From: an uncultured Planctomycetaceae bacterium
GTDB lineage: Bacteria; Planctomycetota; Planctomycetia; Planctomycetales; Planctomycetaceae
Assembly: GCA_963815195.1 (NCBI GenBank)
Contig: CAWFGE010000011.1
Coordinates: 51,756 to 115,755, forward strand
Length of the DNA stretch: 64,000 bases
Reading direction: 5' to 3'
In this document: positions 25,359 through 36,247 of the stretch, piece after piece
How the letters are laid out: the number at the start of each line of letters is the position of its first letter
How positions within the stretch are numbered: the first letter of the stretch is position 1
Translations under genes and position numbers: made by a program
Notes under the pieces: generated by a model
What the model was told of the DNA's origin: nothing
The model's database searches: none
The model's input: only the letters and a program-made list of their open reading frames with translations

Positions 25359-25535
25359 AAATCCGAAGCACGAGATTCGAAATCCGAAACAAATTCAAAA
25401 TCCGAAATTCCAAGGCTCCAAACTCCGCCGCCGACGGTTTTCCGTTCGGGAAACGTCATCCTCGCTTGGGGTTTGGAAGATTGGAATTTCGGTCATTGGA
25501 ATTTGTTTCGGATTTCGAGATTCGAATTTCGGATT
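25359..25535. repeat. Family B inverted heptamer pair enclosing a ~65-bp core
   Basis: CGAAATCCGAAACAAATTC arm and GAATTTGTTTCGGATTTCG mate. Confidence 0.85.
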
Positions 25536-25565
25536 GGAAAACTTCCGTGCAAAGCCGCGGCCGGT

Positions 25566-26588
25566 TTATTCGGACGCAAAGGGATTTCCTTCAAACCGCC
25601 CCAGCACGTGGGCTTTGACTTCCTTGACGAAGTTAAACATCTGCGTGGTTCCGTAGGGGTAACCTTGGCCCCTGAGGGTTTCCGCCACTTCCTGGTACGT
25701 CAGCCCTTCGCAGACATACAGCTTGAAAGCCAGGACCCGCTCGAACGGGCACACGCCGGTCTCCACAAGTTGGCTGCAAATCTCGTCCACTTGGCGGAGG
25801 GACTCGGCGACGTCCTGCTGCCGGCGGTAATCGCGAACGTAGCGGAGCGACTGCTTGGGGGAACTCGGAACATCATCGGAGGCGGTGTCTTCGTCGCCCG
25901 GTCCGCCGAGCCCGCGTTTGAGGGTGTCGCTTTTCCGCGGTCGGACCGCGGCGGCGAAAAGATTGTCCACGACATCATCGAACCAGGTGCTCAGCATGGC
26001 CCGGCGGGAATCATCTGGATTGAAGCGGGTGATCACCTGCTGAAAATGGGCTGAGGCCTCCTGGATCAAATCGTCCACTTCAAACCCCCGTTTGGCCGCG
26101 CTTTTCTGATAGCAATGAGCCACCCGTTCCACCTGCGGAGCCAATTCCAGCCAAAGTTCCTCCCGGATGCGTTTCTCCTGTTCCCGAGACAATTTCTCAT
26201 CGAGCAAAGTTTGCACCAAAATCAACTGCCGGAGGGCGTGGCGAAGTTTTTCGACCACGGGAGAGAGATCCGCTTCCGTCACCGCGGTTAGGGTGAGGGT
26301 TTGGCCGGTTCCCAGTTGCCGGGCTTTCCGCCGGGCGATGCTCCCCGCCTGCCGCCGAGTCCAGGCGTCCCGGTGCGGCTGGAGGCGTTCCCACCAAACG
26401 TGTTGCTGCTCTTGAAGTTCTGTCGATTGAAGTTTGCTCCCCGAGATGAGTTCTGCGAAAGATGGGTCAAATAGTCCGTTCCAGCTCGTTTTCAAATGGT
26501 TTTGCAGCGTGCTCATAATTTGCGAGCCAACTTCGTCCATTAAGTCTCCTTCTCGGTGTTCGATCAACTCCCCGGAAAAACGTGCCAT
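25566..26588 (-). CDS. Sigma-70 family (ECF-like) sigma factor with long N-terminal extension
   Basis: Region 2-like EVDDLIQEA...RFNP...LSTW and region 4-like AFKLYVCEGLTYQEVAETL; the start codon is uncertain. Confidence 0.75.
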   Translation of the reverse strand: MARFSGELIEHREGDLMDEVGSQIMSTLQNHLKTSWNGLFDPSFAELISGSKLQSTELQEQQHVWWERLQPHRDAWTRRQAGSIARRKARQLGTGQTLTLTAVTEADLSPVVEKLRHALRQLILVQTLLDEKLSREQEKRIREELWLELAPQVERVAHCYQKSAAKRGFEVDDLIQEASAHFQQVITRFNPDDSRRAMLSTWFDDVVDNLFAAAVRPRKSDTLKRGLGGPGDEDTASDDVPSSPKQSLRYVRDYRRQQDVAESLRQVDEICSQLVETGVCPFERVLAFKLYVCEGLTYQEVAETLRGQGYPYGTTQMFNFVKEVKAHVLGRFEGNPFASE

Positions 26589-26688
26589 CGCCTCGAAACG
26601 GTTGGGAACTCACCAACCCAACTCTCAATACGCCGCAGCCCTGCGATTTTTTCACAAAACTGCGGAATTCTCTGAAAAACCTGCTTTC

Positions 26689-26882
26689 AACGCAAAGGCG
26701 CAAAGAAAAGACGCAAAGGGCCGCAAAGATGAAACATTTCTCCACAATAGACTTTCTGTAGCATTTTCCTTGGCGCTTCGGCTCAGGTGTGTGTTTTGTG
26801 GTCATTCTTAAGTAAAAAACCTTTGCGCCCCTTTGCGTCTTTTTCTTTGCGCCTTTGCGTTTTTCTTTGCGCCTTTGCGTTA
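26689..26882. repeat. Family C (CGCAAAG) inverted tandem arrays around an AT-rich core
   Basis: AACGCAAAGGCGCAAAG... at 26689-26728 and CTTTGCG arrays at 26821-26882. Confidence 0.8.
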
Positions 26883-26911
26883 CCAAAATCGATTTCGACT
26901 TTGATTCGATA

Positions 26912-27474
26912 TCATTTACCCTCAGCACTTAGCAGTTTTTTTAAGGCCGCGAGCTCGGCTTCAACCTGGTCGGCCCGCGAGGCGTCGGCGTCGGCGTAAT
27001 CCTCTTCGGGTTCCATTTCCAATTCGGCGGCCTGGTTTTCCAGCGTCAGGCCCTGTTCCAGGAGGCGGAGCTTGCGGCGAGCTTCCGTCAGCCGGGCTTC
27101 CAGGGCCCGCAGCATCGTCTGCAAGTGGTCGCGGGTCGCGATCGCGGCGGCGTGCTGCTGCTCCAGACCGGCGACGACATCTTCGATCTCCTGCTTGCGG
27201 ACGAGGGCCGTCCGCGCCCGGCTTCGTTGCCTTTTTGGAGCTCCTCTTTCGCCTGGGCCATCCATTGGTCGGCCTGGGCCTGATGCTCCCCGATCTCGCG
27301 GTTCAGCCGGGCCACCGAACCGTTCGCCGTCGAGACGCTCCGCTTGGCCCCGGCCAGCCCTTCCTCCATTTCCCGCACAATCGTTTGAATCGCGGCTTTC
27401 GGATTGGATTCCTGCGACAGGATTTCCGTCAGGTTGCACGTGACGATATCCGTCAATCGGCTGAAATAACTCAT
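26912..27474 (-). CDS. pspA: PspA/IM30 family protein; frameshift near 27219
   Basis: MSYFSRLTDIVTCNL...IVREMEEGL, ARTALVRKQE and C-terminal VEAELAALK. Confidence 0.8.
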
Positions 27475-27711
27475 CGAACAAAACCTCTCAACGAAACCCC
27501 ACCGCCGGGCTTTAGTGATAAATTCTAAACCAGTGTGCGCGATTCCGGGCAGGAAAATCCGAAATTCGAATCTCGAAATCCGAAACAAATTCCAATGTCC
27601 GAAATTCGAATATCCAAACCCTGCGCGTGGACCTCTGCATCCAAGGATAACGTCTCAAATCCGTGTGCGGATCTGTATGTTTTTCTATCCACAATCCTCA
27701 TTCCTCTATCC

Positions 27712-28311
27712 TCAATCCTCAACCGACTTCCGCGGATCGGAGACGCCGCGCTCTTTCAGTTTCTCCTGCAGTTTCTCCCGCGCGAGCCGCAGCCGGCTCT
27801 TGGTCGTGGGGAGCGAAGTCTCCATGACCTCGGCGACTTCGGGGAGCGACAGGCCCGCGTAATGGTGCAGCGTGAACGTCAGCCGCTGCTCTTCGGGGAT
27901 CTCGTCCAACAGCCCATCCACAAGCTCCGCGAGTTCCCGCTGCCCCGCGTGAACGTCCGGCGGCAGGACTTCGCCGGCGAGCCGGGCCATCGCATCGGCC
28001 TGGTCTTTGTCGTGATGGCCTTTGACCGCCCGGATCAACGCATCACGCGACTGCTTGCGGACGTTGTCGATCATCAAATTCCGCCCGATGCGGTACATCC
28101 AGCCCCGAAACCGGCCCTGCGGCAGATAGTCCCACGACTGGTCATAAATCCGCAAAAGCGTTTCCTGCGCGAGATCCTCGGCCATTTGGGCATCCCGCGT
28201 GTTGCGGAAGAAAAACCCGATCAAAGGCCCTTGGTGCCGGTCCATCAAGTCCCGAAACGCCCGCGGATCTCCTTCCTGGATTCGGACCATCAACTGATCG
28301 TCTTCCGTCAT
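27712..28311 (-). CDS. ECF RNA polymerase sigma factor
   Basis: AEDLAQETLLRI, FRGWMYRIGRN and LPEVAEVMETSLPTTKSRLRLAREKL motifs. Confidence 0.92.
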   Translation of the reverse strand: MTEDDQLMVRIQEGDPRAFRDLMDRHQGPLIGFFFRNTRDAQMAEDLAQETLLRIYDQSWDYLPQGRFRGWMYRIGRNLMIDNVRKQSRDALIRAVKGHHDKDQADAMARLAGEVLPPDVHAGQRELAELVDGLLDEIPEEQRLTFTLHHYAGLSLPEVAEVMETSLPTTKSRLRLAREKLQEKLKERGVSDPRKSVED

Positions 28312-28495
28312 GGGCGAAACTTCCCGAGTGGCGAGAACCGCACCAGCCCGGCGTTTTGGGCTGATGTTTTCTCCTCGATGAATAGATCTCAGCGGGCAAA
28401 GAGAACGGACGCAAAACCCGCGGCTGTTGACCGCGTGTTTCTGCTTTCTACTATAATACCTTTGGCTGAGAGCCGAAAGTTGAAAGAAACGGATT

Positions 28496-28555
28496 GGGTG
28501 GCGATCGCAAAGACCACGCCCTTCGTTCCTCAGGGACGTGCCACCCGTGCCACCC
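28496..28555. repeat. Palindromic repeat, family H (GGGTGGC...GTGCCACCC)
   Basis: Shares CCACGCCCTTCGTTCCTCAG with copies at 55231-55309 and 63940-64000. Confidence 0.75.
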
Positions 28556-28652
28556 AAGTTCCTGTCTACTTTTGTGGAACACACTCTGTTTTAAACGTCA
28601 ATCCCTTCACGTTTCATGGAAAAGGCTGTTTGTGTCGTTGGCGAATTTGCGG

Positions 28653-29865
28653 ATGGTGAGCGTTCCGTATGGAACCCGAAAAGAGTTTTCCTGCGAGATC
28701 GATGCCTCGCGGATTATCGAAGTGGCTCCCAGCCCCCGGCCCCATCCGGATTTGGCGAGCCAGCTTCGGCAGGCGCTGGCGTGCCCGCTGGATTATCCGC
28801 CGCTCGCGCGGTCGGTGATTCCCGACGACCGCGTCGTTTTGGCCCTCGACCGCGAAACGCCCCAGGCGAAGGAACTGCTCGCCGGCGTCTGGGCCGACCT
28901 GGAAAAAGCCGGCGTCCGCCCCCAAGACGTGACCCTGCTCCAGCCCGCCCCTCGATCTGGATCGCCTTTTTTGGAGGCTGCCGAGATTCTGCCGCATCCG
29001 GAGATGATTTCCGTGGTGCATGCCCCGGCGTCCGAGGACGATTGCCGTTATTTGGCCTCCACGGTCGGCGGCGAGCGGATTTATCTGGCCAAGGAACTCC
29101 TGGAAGCCGAGGTCGTGATCACCATCGGCCCGATCGCGTTCGATGCGGTGATCGGCTACCGAGGCACGAACAGCGTGTTCTATCCCGGCCTGTCGTCGCC
29201 CGCCGCCAAAGTCAAAGCCGCGGGCCAAGGGCACCGGGAGCTCGGGCCCGAGAACGACCGCCCGCTCCGGCAGTTGATCGATGAAGTCGCCTGGCTGTTG
29301 GGCTCGCAGTTTTCCGTGCAGGTTGTGCCTTCGCTGTTCGGCGGCGCGGCCCATGTGCTGGCCGGGCAATCGGACGCCGTGCTCCGCCGGGGCAAGGAAC
29401 TCATCAATCAGCATTGGCTGGTCGAGTCTCGATTACCGGGCGGAGATCGTGGTCGTCGGCGTGGAAGAAGACGCCGCGGGCCACGGCTGGACGCAGATCG
29501 GATCGGCCCTCGCCGCCGCGCGGAGCCTGGTCTCCAAAGGCGGGCGGATCGTGGTGCTGTCGGACGTGAACGTGCCGCCCGGCGAAGGCCTCAAAATGCT
29601 GATGCGCTACGAAGACGCGACCGAAGGCCTGCGCCCGCTGAGGCAGGCGGCTCCCGAAGATTTGATTCCCGCGACCGAACTCGCCGAGGCCGCGGATTGG
29701 GCCGACGTGTACCTCTTAAGCCGGTTGGACAGCGACCTCGTGGAAGACCTGTTCATGGCCCCGTTGGAATCCGAAGCCGAGGTCAAACGCCTGTTGGGCC
29801 TCGATGAGCAGGTCCTGTTCCTCCCCTCCGCCCAACACCGCTTCGGCCGCATCCGCGAGCGGTGA
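28653..29865 (+). CDS. Lactate racemase (LarA)-like domain protein; frameshift near 29428
   Basis: ALACPLDYPPLARSVIPDDRVVLAL and YLASTVGGERIYL are typical of the planctomycete LarA-like family; the C-terminus is in ORF 29281..29865. Confidence 0.7.
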
Positions 29866-29898
29866 GAAACACCCGGCGAGGGAGAGCCGTAGAGTGGG
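29815..29898 (+). repeat. 84-bp perfect direct repeat, left copy (3' end of larA-like gene plus start of a GTAG REP)
   Basis: CTGTTCCTCCCCTCCG...CCGTAGAGTGGG is identical to 36368-36451. Confidence 0.95.
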
Positions 29899-29998
29899 CA
29901 CCAGTGGGCACTCTACTTGCTGCTGGAAAGCACCGGCAACAAGTTGCCAGTGGCACCCGAAAGACTCTTAACAATAACCCGGACTGACAGTGCCACCC

Positions 29999-31800
29999 CG
30001 CCGCGTTGATCGACCAGCCAGCCCTCATCGAACAGGTTGAGGAACGGCTTCCACACGTTGGGGTGGGCTTTCTCGGCTTCGTCCAAGAGGAACACCGCGT
30101 AGGGGTCGGCGTTGAGTTCGTTGACCAGCCGACCGCCTTGGTCGTGGCCCACGTAGCCCGGCGGCACGCCGATGATCCCCGACACCGTGTGCGGCTCGGT
30201 GAAGTTGCCCATCGAGTACACTTGTAATCGACCCGTGGCCGAGTACAACCGGGCCAGGGCCTTGGCCAGTTCCGTTTTGCCCACGCCCGTCATCCCGGCG
30301 AACAGCAGCACCGAGGCGGGGCGGTCCGGTTCGGTCAGGCCGGCTTTGATCAGCTTGAGTTCGGTGGCCACGACCTCGACGGCCTCCGCCTGACCCACCA
30401 CCGAAGCCTTGAGTGCCGCTTCGTAATCCGCCGAGCCGCCATCGCCGGAGAGCGTTTCGACCGGCACGCCCGTGAGTTCGGCGACCACCCGCACCACATC
30501 CTCGGCCCGCACCCGGTTCTCGTCCGCCGATGCTCTGAGTGCGGGCGAAGCTGACGTTCTCACAAGCCCGTCTCAGAATTTTTTCCGCCTTGGCCGGATG
30601 CCGTTCGCTGAGCACAAACGCCGAGGCCAGCGCCACCGTGCGTCTGGGCACATCGTCATCCAGTCGCACTTGATGCTCGCGTTCGAGTTCGTCTCGCTTC
30701 GCTTCCAGAAACGCCAGGCTCTCCTCATCGCTGGGCTCATCGATTTCGATGCGGGTGATGAGGTCCGAAAGCCCGGCATCGCCAGCCAGGAGGTCTTGAT
30801 ATTCCCAAGTCGAGAGACTGCCGATCAATTGCAATCCCGACCGCGTGAGCACCGCCCGCAGAAAGGCCAGGTTATCGGCGGAGCGTTTGAGGAGCGGACC
30901 CAAGCCATCCAGACACAGCACCAGATTCTCCCAATCCCCCACCTCACGGACGATTCGCTCCAACACCGCCCGCCCATCTTCGGGCGGCACACTCGAACAA
31001 TCCAACCGCAAAAACCGCTTGTCGGCCAGAAACGGATACCGCCCCTCCGCCGCCCGCCGCGCCAGTTCCCGAAGCACCACCGTCTTGCCCACCCCCTTAT
31101 CCCCGGTCACCACCACATGCTTCGCCTCCCCCCGAAACAGCGACCGAGCCATCTTCTCATACACATCCCCCTGGGCAAAACTCCGCTCCATCGCCGCCGG
31201 CAACCCACCCGACAAAGCCAAAAACGTCAAATCCTCCGCCCCCAATGCTTGCCGCATCACCGGCGAAAGCCGCTCCGTCCAATCATCCACCGAAGTGCGT
31301 TTCCTCCGCCTCATTGCCGGTTTCTTCTTCCCCCTGCTCAAACTCCACCTGAAACGGCAACTTCTCAAACACCTGCTTCAAGAAATGCGGCGCCTCCGCC
31401 AAAACCGCCGCCCAAAGATGCTGCGGTTCGATCTGTGATCTGCATCGTTCTCCGCAAACTCGAAGGCCGTCACTAACACCCGCTGCACATCCTCCGTCAG
31501 GAAGTTGCGTGATAGTTCTAACGGTTTCCGTGGTGTTTCCTCGGCTCCAACGACCTCCTTCAGTTTCGCCGTGAGTTCTTGAACTGCCTCAGCATTGTCA
31601 CCCTCACTCGGCTGATCGATCATTGAGAGCAGCAACGCGCTGAGGCCAATTTGCGCATGGCCTAATTGTTCGGCTTGGATCAACGACTTTTCGATAATGA
31701 GCCATGCCGTTTCGCCGAACAAATCTTCTGACAAGGCGACTGATCCACCAGGAAACAGCGTATCCGAAGGAATCTCGTTATTTACATCAACAGTGGACAT
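29999..31800 (-). pseudogene. ClpA/B/V-type AAA+ ATPase, 3'-truncated, with at least 3 frameshifts
   Basis: Clp-N repeat motifs (GHAQIGLSALLL; QIEPQHLWAAVL in a shifted frame), Walker A GDKGVGKT and GMTGVGKTELAK, and LLDEAEKAHP; similarity stops at DEGWLVDQRG. Confidence 0.85.
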
Positions 31801-31962
31801 ATTCGTATATTCCCGAAAGATAAGAGGATTTCATTCCCATATTGCTATCTAATGGTTTGTCGATGTCCCACCATGCTCGATTCATCCCCTTGTATTGTGC
31901 CATTTATCTCGCACAGCAACCTCCCCAAACACTGGCCGTCAACAGTAGCAATGATTTGACGT

Positions 31963-32781
31963 TCACAGGAAAATCAGATTCTCAGCCTTTAACGTGTCAA
32001 AAACAGCTTGGCGCTGATTATCAGAAACTTCCCAGAGCTTGACTCGCTCATCGATTTCCTTCAATGTTCCGCGTGAAGGGTCTGCCTTGATCCATTCCTC
32101 CAAACGCTTACCCTCCACATTACCATCGAGTTGATACGACGTCAGAAAATTCCACGGATAAACATCTCGAAGAATACCCTTCTTATAAACCTCGTTAGGT
32201 ATGGCGTTATATCCCCATCGCGAAATTCTGAGACCCTCAGCATCTCTCTCTTTTTCTATCTCCGGTGAAGGATCTGGAGAGCGATATTTATTCAATCCCA
32301 CTGCATACAAAACTGGCCCTAAACTGTGAGCACGAGCGTAACCAATCCCATAGCATGGCTGGAGCTTCTCGCAGATCGTATGTGCAAATTCAGTCAACAA
32401 TGTGTCTTCGAAATTCAAAAACGTCTTTCGAACTCCAAACGTGAAGTACGACTCCTCGCGAAGGTCTAAATCAGCCGTCGCCTCCCAATCTGAAACAGGT
32501 ATCTTACCACCAGGAGTCATACGATAAATCGATATTCCTTCGACATTACTTATGCCAGTACGTTGGAGCCTAGGATGGATTCGTTGAAATGAGCCTGGTC
32601 GTCCGGAAAAGCCCGTGCCGGTGACAGCAAGTTTGTCCGGCCCTAGTCCAAGTCTGGAAAAAAAATCAAGCAGAGCGTGATAAAATGATGTGACTGGCTT
32701 TGCACGCTTGCGCAATCCATAGAAAGCAAGCGCCACACACTCATCAGAAGCTTCATCAATCATGCTTTTATCCTTTCTCAA
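31963..32781 (-). CDS. Hypothetical protein, probable cognate immunity protein
   Basis: Starts 3 bp after the toxin stop; same low-GC composition; no recognisable enzyme motif. Confidence 0.6.
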   Translation of the reverse strand: MRKDKSMIDEASDECVALAFYGLRKRAKPVTSFYHALLDFFSRLGLGPDKLAVTGTGFSGRPGSFQRIHPRLQRTGISNVEGISIYRMTPGGKIPVSDWEATADLDLREESYFTFGVRKTFLNFEDTLLTEFAHTICEKLQPCYGIGYARAHSLGPVLYAVGLNKYRSPDPSPEIEKERDAEGLRISRWGYNAIPNEVYKKGILRDVYPWNFLTSYQLDGNVEGKRLEEWIKADPSRGTLKEIDERVKLWEVSDNQRQAVFDTLKAENLIFL

Positions 32782-32784
32782 ATT

Positions 32785-34421
32785 TCAAATTGGATCGCGG
32801 TCCAAGACCCGAATCTCACCCTGTTTGTCATCTGGCAATCGCTGCATTTCGCTAGATAATCTTGATCGAAGTTCTCGAGCTGTATCTCCTTCCGACAAAA
32901 CTTCCCAGGCATCAACTTTGCCATCACATCTAATGCCGATAATGTCTGGGCGGAAGCCTGAGGGATTTTCACGGCCTGTTGCGGTCCGCCAAGCCAAATC
33001 CATTGTCAAATACTGATACTTTCCAGTTTTGGCTTGTTCTTCCGCAATCCGCCGCACGGTTTCCGCATGTGGATTTAGTCCCGTGGTTTCGTCATCAGAT
33101 CCAGTTTCTTGAGCTTCTCCGTAAACAAAGACTGGGCCCTTAGAACTGTAGTATACTTGCGCACCAAATCCAGTTCGATAAACTATGTCAAAACCACTGT
33201 CGCATTCATTGTCCAATTCGCACTTTTCAGCGATCGCTTCTGCCAAAGCGTAGACGGCCTCCACAAGCGTTCGATACATGCGAGATTTTTCTTTGCCGAT
33301 TCCCTTTGTGAGTCGTATATTATCGTAGTCTCGTTCCGCATGTTCGACTGCATCCTTCTCACTCTGAACTTTCTTTTTGCATTTTGCGGACATCCCATCC
33401 CAATCCTTGGTCGGACTGGCCTTAATCCAGATCGTCCCGCCTTTATCAATCCAGACTGTGGCGAGTTGCTTCTTCGCACGAGCCGTTTTCGCAAAGACTT
33501 TATCATCGGATTTTATCCCAAACTTTGCCCCAACAGCTTTGACAACTCTCTCAATCGGTGAGAACACAGCTTCCACAAGCTTTTGCAGAAGTTCGTCTGC
33601 TTTTTTCTCTAGGCCGCCGAGAGCTTCGCTGATCTTTCCAGGTAAGTCAGCGATCTGCGCAATTTTCGCAATGAATTTGAAAATGGGAACCAATGTGTCC
33701 GAAAGCCCCTGTTCGACCTTTGTCGCGATGGTGCCAACCGCCTTACCGGTGACGACATCATCGACCGTTTCCACAAACTTATTCAGCAAGCATCTCAGGC
33801 CGGGACAACTTTCAAGGAAGCCGGCGATCACATCCAGAATCAAAAGAATCCAACCGGCTCCCGGAACGGCCTTGACCAACAGCTTCGTGACCAGTTTGGC
33901 GATGAAGCCCGGGAGGATGTCGGTAATAACGTTTGTGAACAGGGAGCCAATGTTTTCTTCCAACTTTTGTGGTAGCTGCTGCAAATACTCAAATGCCTTG
34001 TCGGCCCATGTCCCCAGAATATCCTTGATCCAATCAATACCGGCGTCAATCCCTTTATCGGCAAACTCTTGCAAAGCCCCTGCCGCTGACATGAAAAATC
34101 CGATAGCGCCCGGCAGGATCTGGTCAGCCTTGGAACGCACGTTTTCAAACGTCCAACCCAGAGTGTCGGCAAGCACCTTCACAAGCCCAAGGAAATTGAA
34201 TTTTGGATAAATGGCATTAACGAAGCCTTGAAAATCAATTTTATCCAGCTTCGTCCATTTCTTGAGGGCGTTTCCGAGTCTCTTGAAAAACTTATTTGGA
34301 TCCTTAAATCGCTCGAATCCCTGTCCTACGCCTTCGGCAAGGGTCTGAAAAGCCTTTTGGCTGCCGCCAAAAATCAAATCGAGCAGTTTCGATCCGGCAT
34401 TGGCACCATCTGTAAGTTTTT
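32785..34421 (-). CDS. 5'-truncated polymorphic toxin with C-terminal PD-(D/E)xK-like nuclease domain
   Basis: Helical core (TLGWTFENVRSK...VPGAGWI...KVEQGL...FIAK), WIKASP linker and C-terminal RPDIIG...VDAWEVLS; the frame stays open upstream into the REP at 34422 without a proper start. Confidence 0.7.
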
Positions 34422-34469
34422 GTAGGGCAGGCTCCCGCCTGCCTTTTTCCGTTATTTGGCAATCGTCAA
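34422..34469. repeat. Left half of a GTAG REP doublet split by IS1380 (right half at 36248-36290; partial tandem copy at 36292-36363)
   Basis: GTAGGGCAGGCTCCCGCCTGCC pairs with GGCAGGCAGGAGCCTGCCCTAC. Confidence 0.85.
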
Positions 34470-36247
34470 CCCGGATTATTCATCAGGTCCGTGCGTGGTG
34501 AGTATTTCCGTGGCGGAAAGTGCACAGGGTGGTTGGGGAGCGGAGGATGGGCGGACCGCCCCCTTTCCCCCTGGGGCCTGGCGATCGTTGGGTGAGTGAA
34601 GGAAAGAAACAGAAAGGCGGATGCCACGATGGCGAACTGCTCAGTCCCGAAGAACCAGTTGCTCATGGGCGTGACGTGGGAGAGGTGTGTAGGGCCGCGG
34701 GCGAGCTCCACGCGGACGTGGCCAGAGGTTGGCCAGACGCAGCGATCGGATGCGGGAAGACATCGCGGCCCAAAACGCGCTCACGCTTTCCTCAATGTAA
34801 ATCACGAGGCGGCGGGAGTGCTTCACGACCCGCGCTCCTGTCCGCAGCACCGACTGCTGGAAACGATGCAAGTCCCAGCAACCGCCCAACTCGTCCTCGA
34901 ACTCGATCCGCAGCATCGACGCCAGGTTGAACGCCAGCAGGCCCAACAGCAACGTCACTTCGTTCTCCGCAAACACCGATGACGAAAGACGGCAGCCAAT
35001 CACCGCGTTGAATTCGCCCAGCCGGTCCTCGAACGTGCCGCGCTTGCGGTAGTGCGACAACACCTCATCCGCCGAGCGTTGCTCCTCGGTCCAGTTTGTG
35101 ATCAGGAAGAAGTAACGCGGAAACAGAGCCAGTTGGCCCGTCTTCGCCTCCGGCTTGTCGACGATGACCAGAATCACCCGCTGCGGATGACGCCAGCCCT
35201 CGGCTTGGTACTTTCCGAGTTCGATCACGTCCTCATATCCCCCTTTGGGCGGCCGGCCCGCGGGACGTGTCAGATAGGGCGCGGCCATCTCTTCCAGCAC
35301 GTTGTTCTTCTTGATTCTCCCGCAAAAACGGATGTTTTCGTCGGTCAACTCATCCAACACCGGGCCGGCGATGAAACCCGCATCGATCCGGAGGTCGAAG
35401 CTCCACGCCAGTTGCCGGGCCTTGCCGACCACGTTGCGAATAAACCGCCGGATGCCATTGGCCGTATGCACGCTGCCTTGCCGCAGGATGGCATGAATGA
35501 AGCCGTTCCCCAGCCGCTGGCCTTCCCGCGCGCTATCGTAGTCGCCGCCGACCGAGAAACTAGCGACCAGCGGATGATAGACGGTCTCCTTGTAGTAACC
35601 GTTGTAGCGGGCCCCCGGCTGCTGGCCATAAACCTGCATCGGGAAACTGTCGATGTCGATGGTGGCGTAGCGGACGCGGCGGTCGCTGTCGCCGGTGCTT
35701 TTGATGTGCCGATGGATCCAGTCGAACAAGGCGCTCCGCACGGCCTCGAGATTCGTCTTGCAGTCGGCCAGCCAATCGATGAGCCGGGATTGGGTGGGTT
35801 GGCTGGCCAGGCGTTGGTTGAGCACTTCTTCGCCGGGCCGGTCCCAGGCGGCCATCTTCATGGCGGGATCATGGGCGAGCCGGTCGAGATCATCCTGATC
35901 GGACTCTCCCAGGGCCATGGCGTAGATTCTTTCCCGCAGCAGTTCGACGCCTTGATAGCGGACGCGGTCTTGCCGGCGAGGATCGATCAGTCGATCGGCA
36001 AGGGATTCGGTGAGTCCGAGCCGATGATCGAAGTCCCGCAGCAGAACGGCACCGGAGTGTGACGTGAGCCGCCCATCGACGGCCTTGACCTTGATGGAAC
36101 GATTGAAATCGGGCTCGAAAATGTTAGGCTGAGCTTCACCCATCGCGTGATTCCTCCGTATGGTGTTGGGATTGCATATAACACTTAAACGCAGAGGGTC
36201 ACGCGATGGTTCCTTCTTTTTTCAGCTTTTTTGGTGAATAATCCGGG
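34470..36247 (-). mobile_element. IS1380-family insertion sequence (1778 bp)
   Basis: 16-bp terminal IRs (CCCGGATTATTCATCA / TGGTGAATAATCCGGG, one mismatch) and a 5-bp GTCAA target duplication at 34465-34469 and 36248-36252. Confidence 0.95.
34641..36143 (-). CDS. IS1380 family DDE transposase
   Basis: LTSHSGAVLLR, ASQPTQSR, TIDIDS, YNGYY..YHPL, LRIDAGF and YRKRGTFEDRLGE motifs. Confidence 0.95.
   Translation of the reverse strand: MGEAQPNIFEPDFNRSIKVKAVDGRLTSHSGAVLLRDFDHRLGLTESLADRLIDPRRQDRVRYQGVELLRERIYAMALGESDQDDLDRLAHDPAMKMAAWDRPGEEVLNQRLASQPTQSRLIDWLADCKTNLEAVRSALFDWIHRHIKSTGDSDRRVRYATIDIDSFPMQVYGQQPGARYNGYYKETVYHPLVASFSVGGDYDSAREGQRLGNGFIHAILRQGSVHTANGIRRFIRNVVGKARQLAWSFDLRIDAGFIAGPVLDELTDENIRFCGRIKKNNVLEEMAAPYLTRPAGRPPKGGYEDVIELGKYQAEGWRHPQRVILVIVDKPEAKTGQLALFPRYFFLITNWTEEQRSADEVLSHYRKRGTFEDRLGEFNAVIGCRLSSSVFAENEVTLLLGLLAFNLASMLRIEFEDELGGCWDLHRFQQSVLRTGARVVKHSRRLVIYIEESVSAFWAAMSSRIRSLRLANLWPRPRGARPRPYTPLPRHAHEQLVLRD

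Noticed and set aside
29815..29898. tRNA or tmRNA-type att site
   Set aside because: The repeat is protein-coding 3' sequence. No tRNA, rRNA or recognisable ncRNA was found anywhere in the window.
29978..36247. ISEcp1-style one-ended mobilisation of the toxin fragment by IS1380, using CCCGGA at 29978 as a surrogate end
   Set aside because: The GTCAA duplication flanks the IS itself and the interrupted REP is continuous across it, indicating simple insertion after the islet formed.
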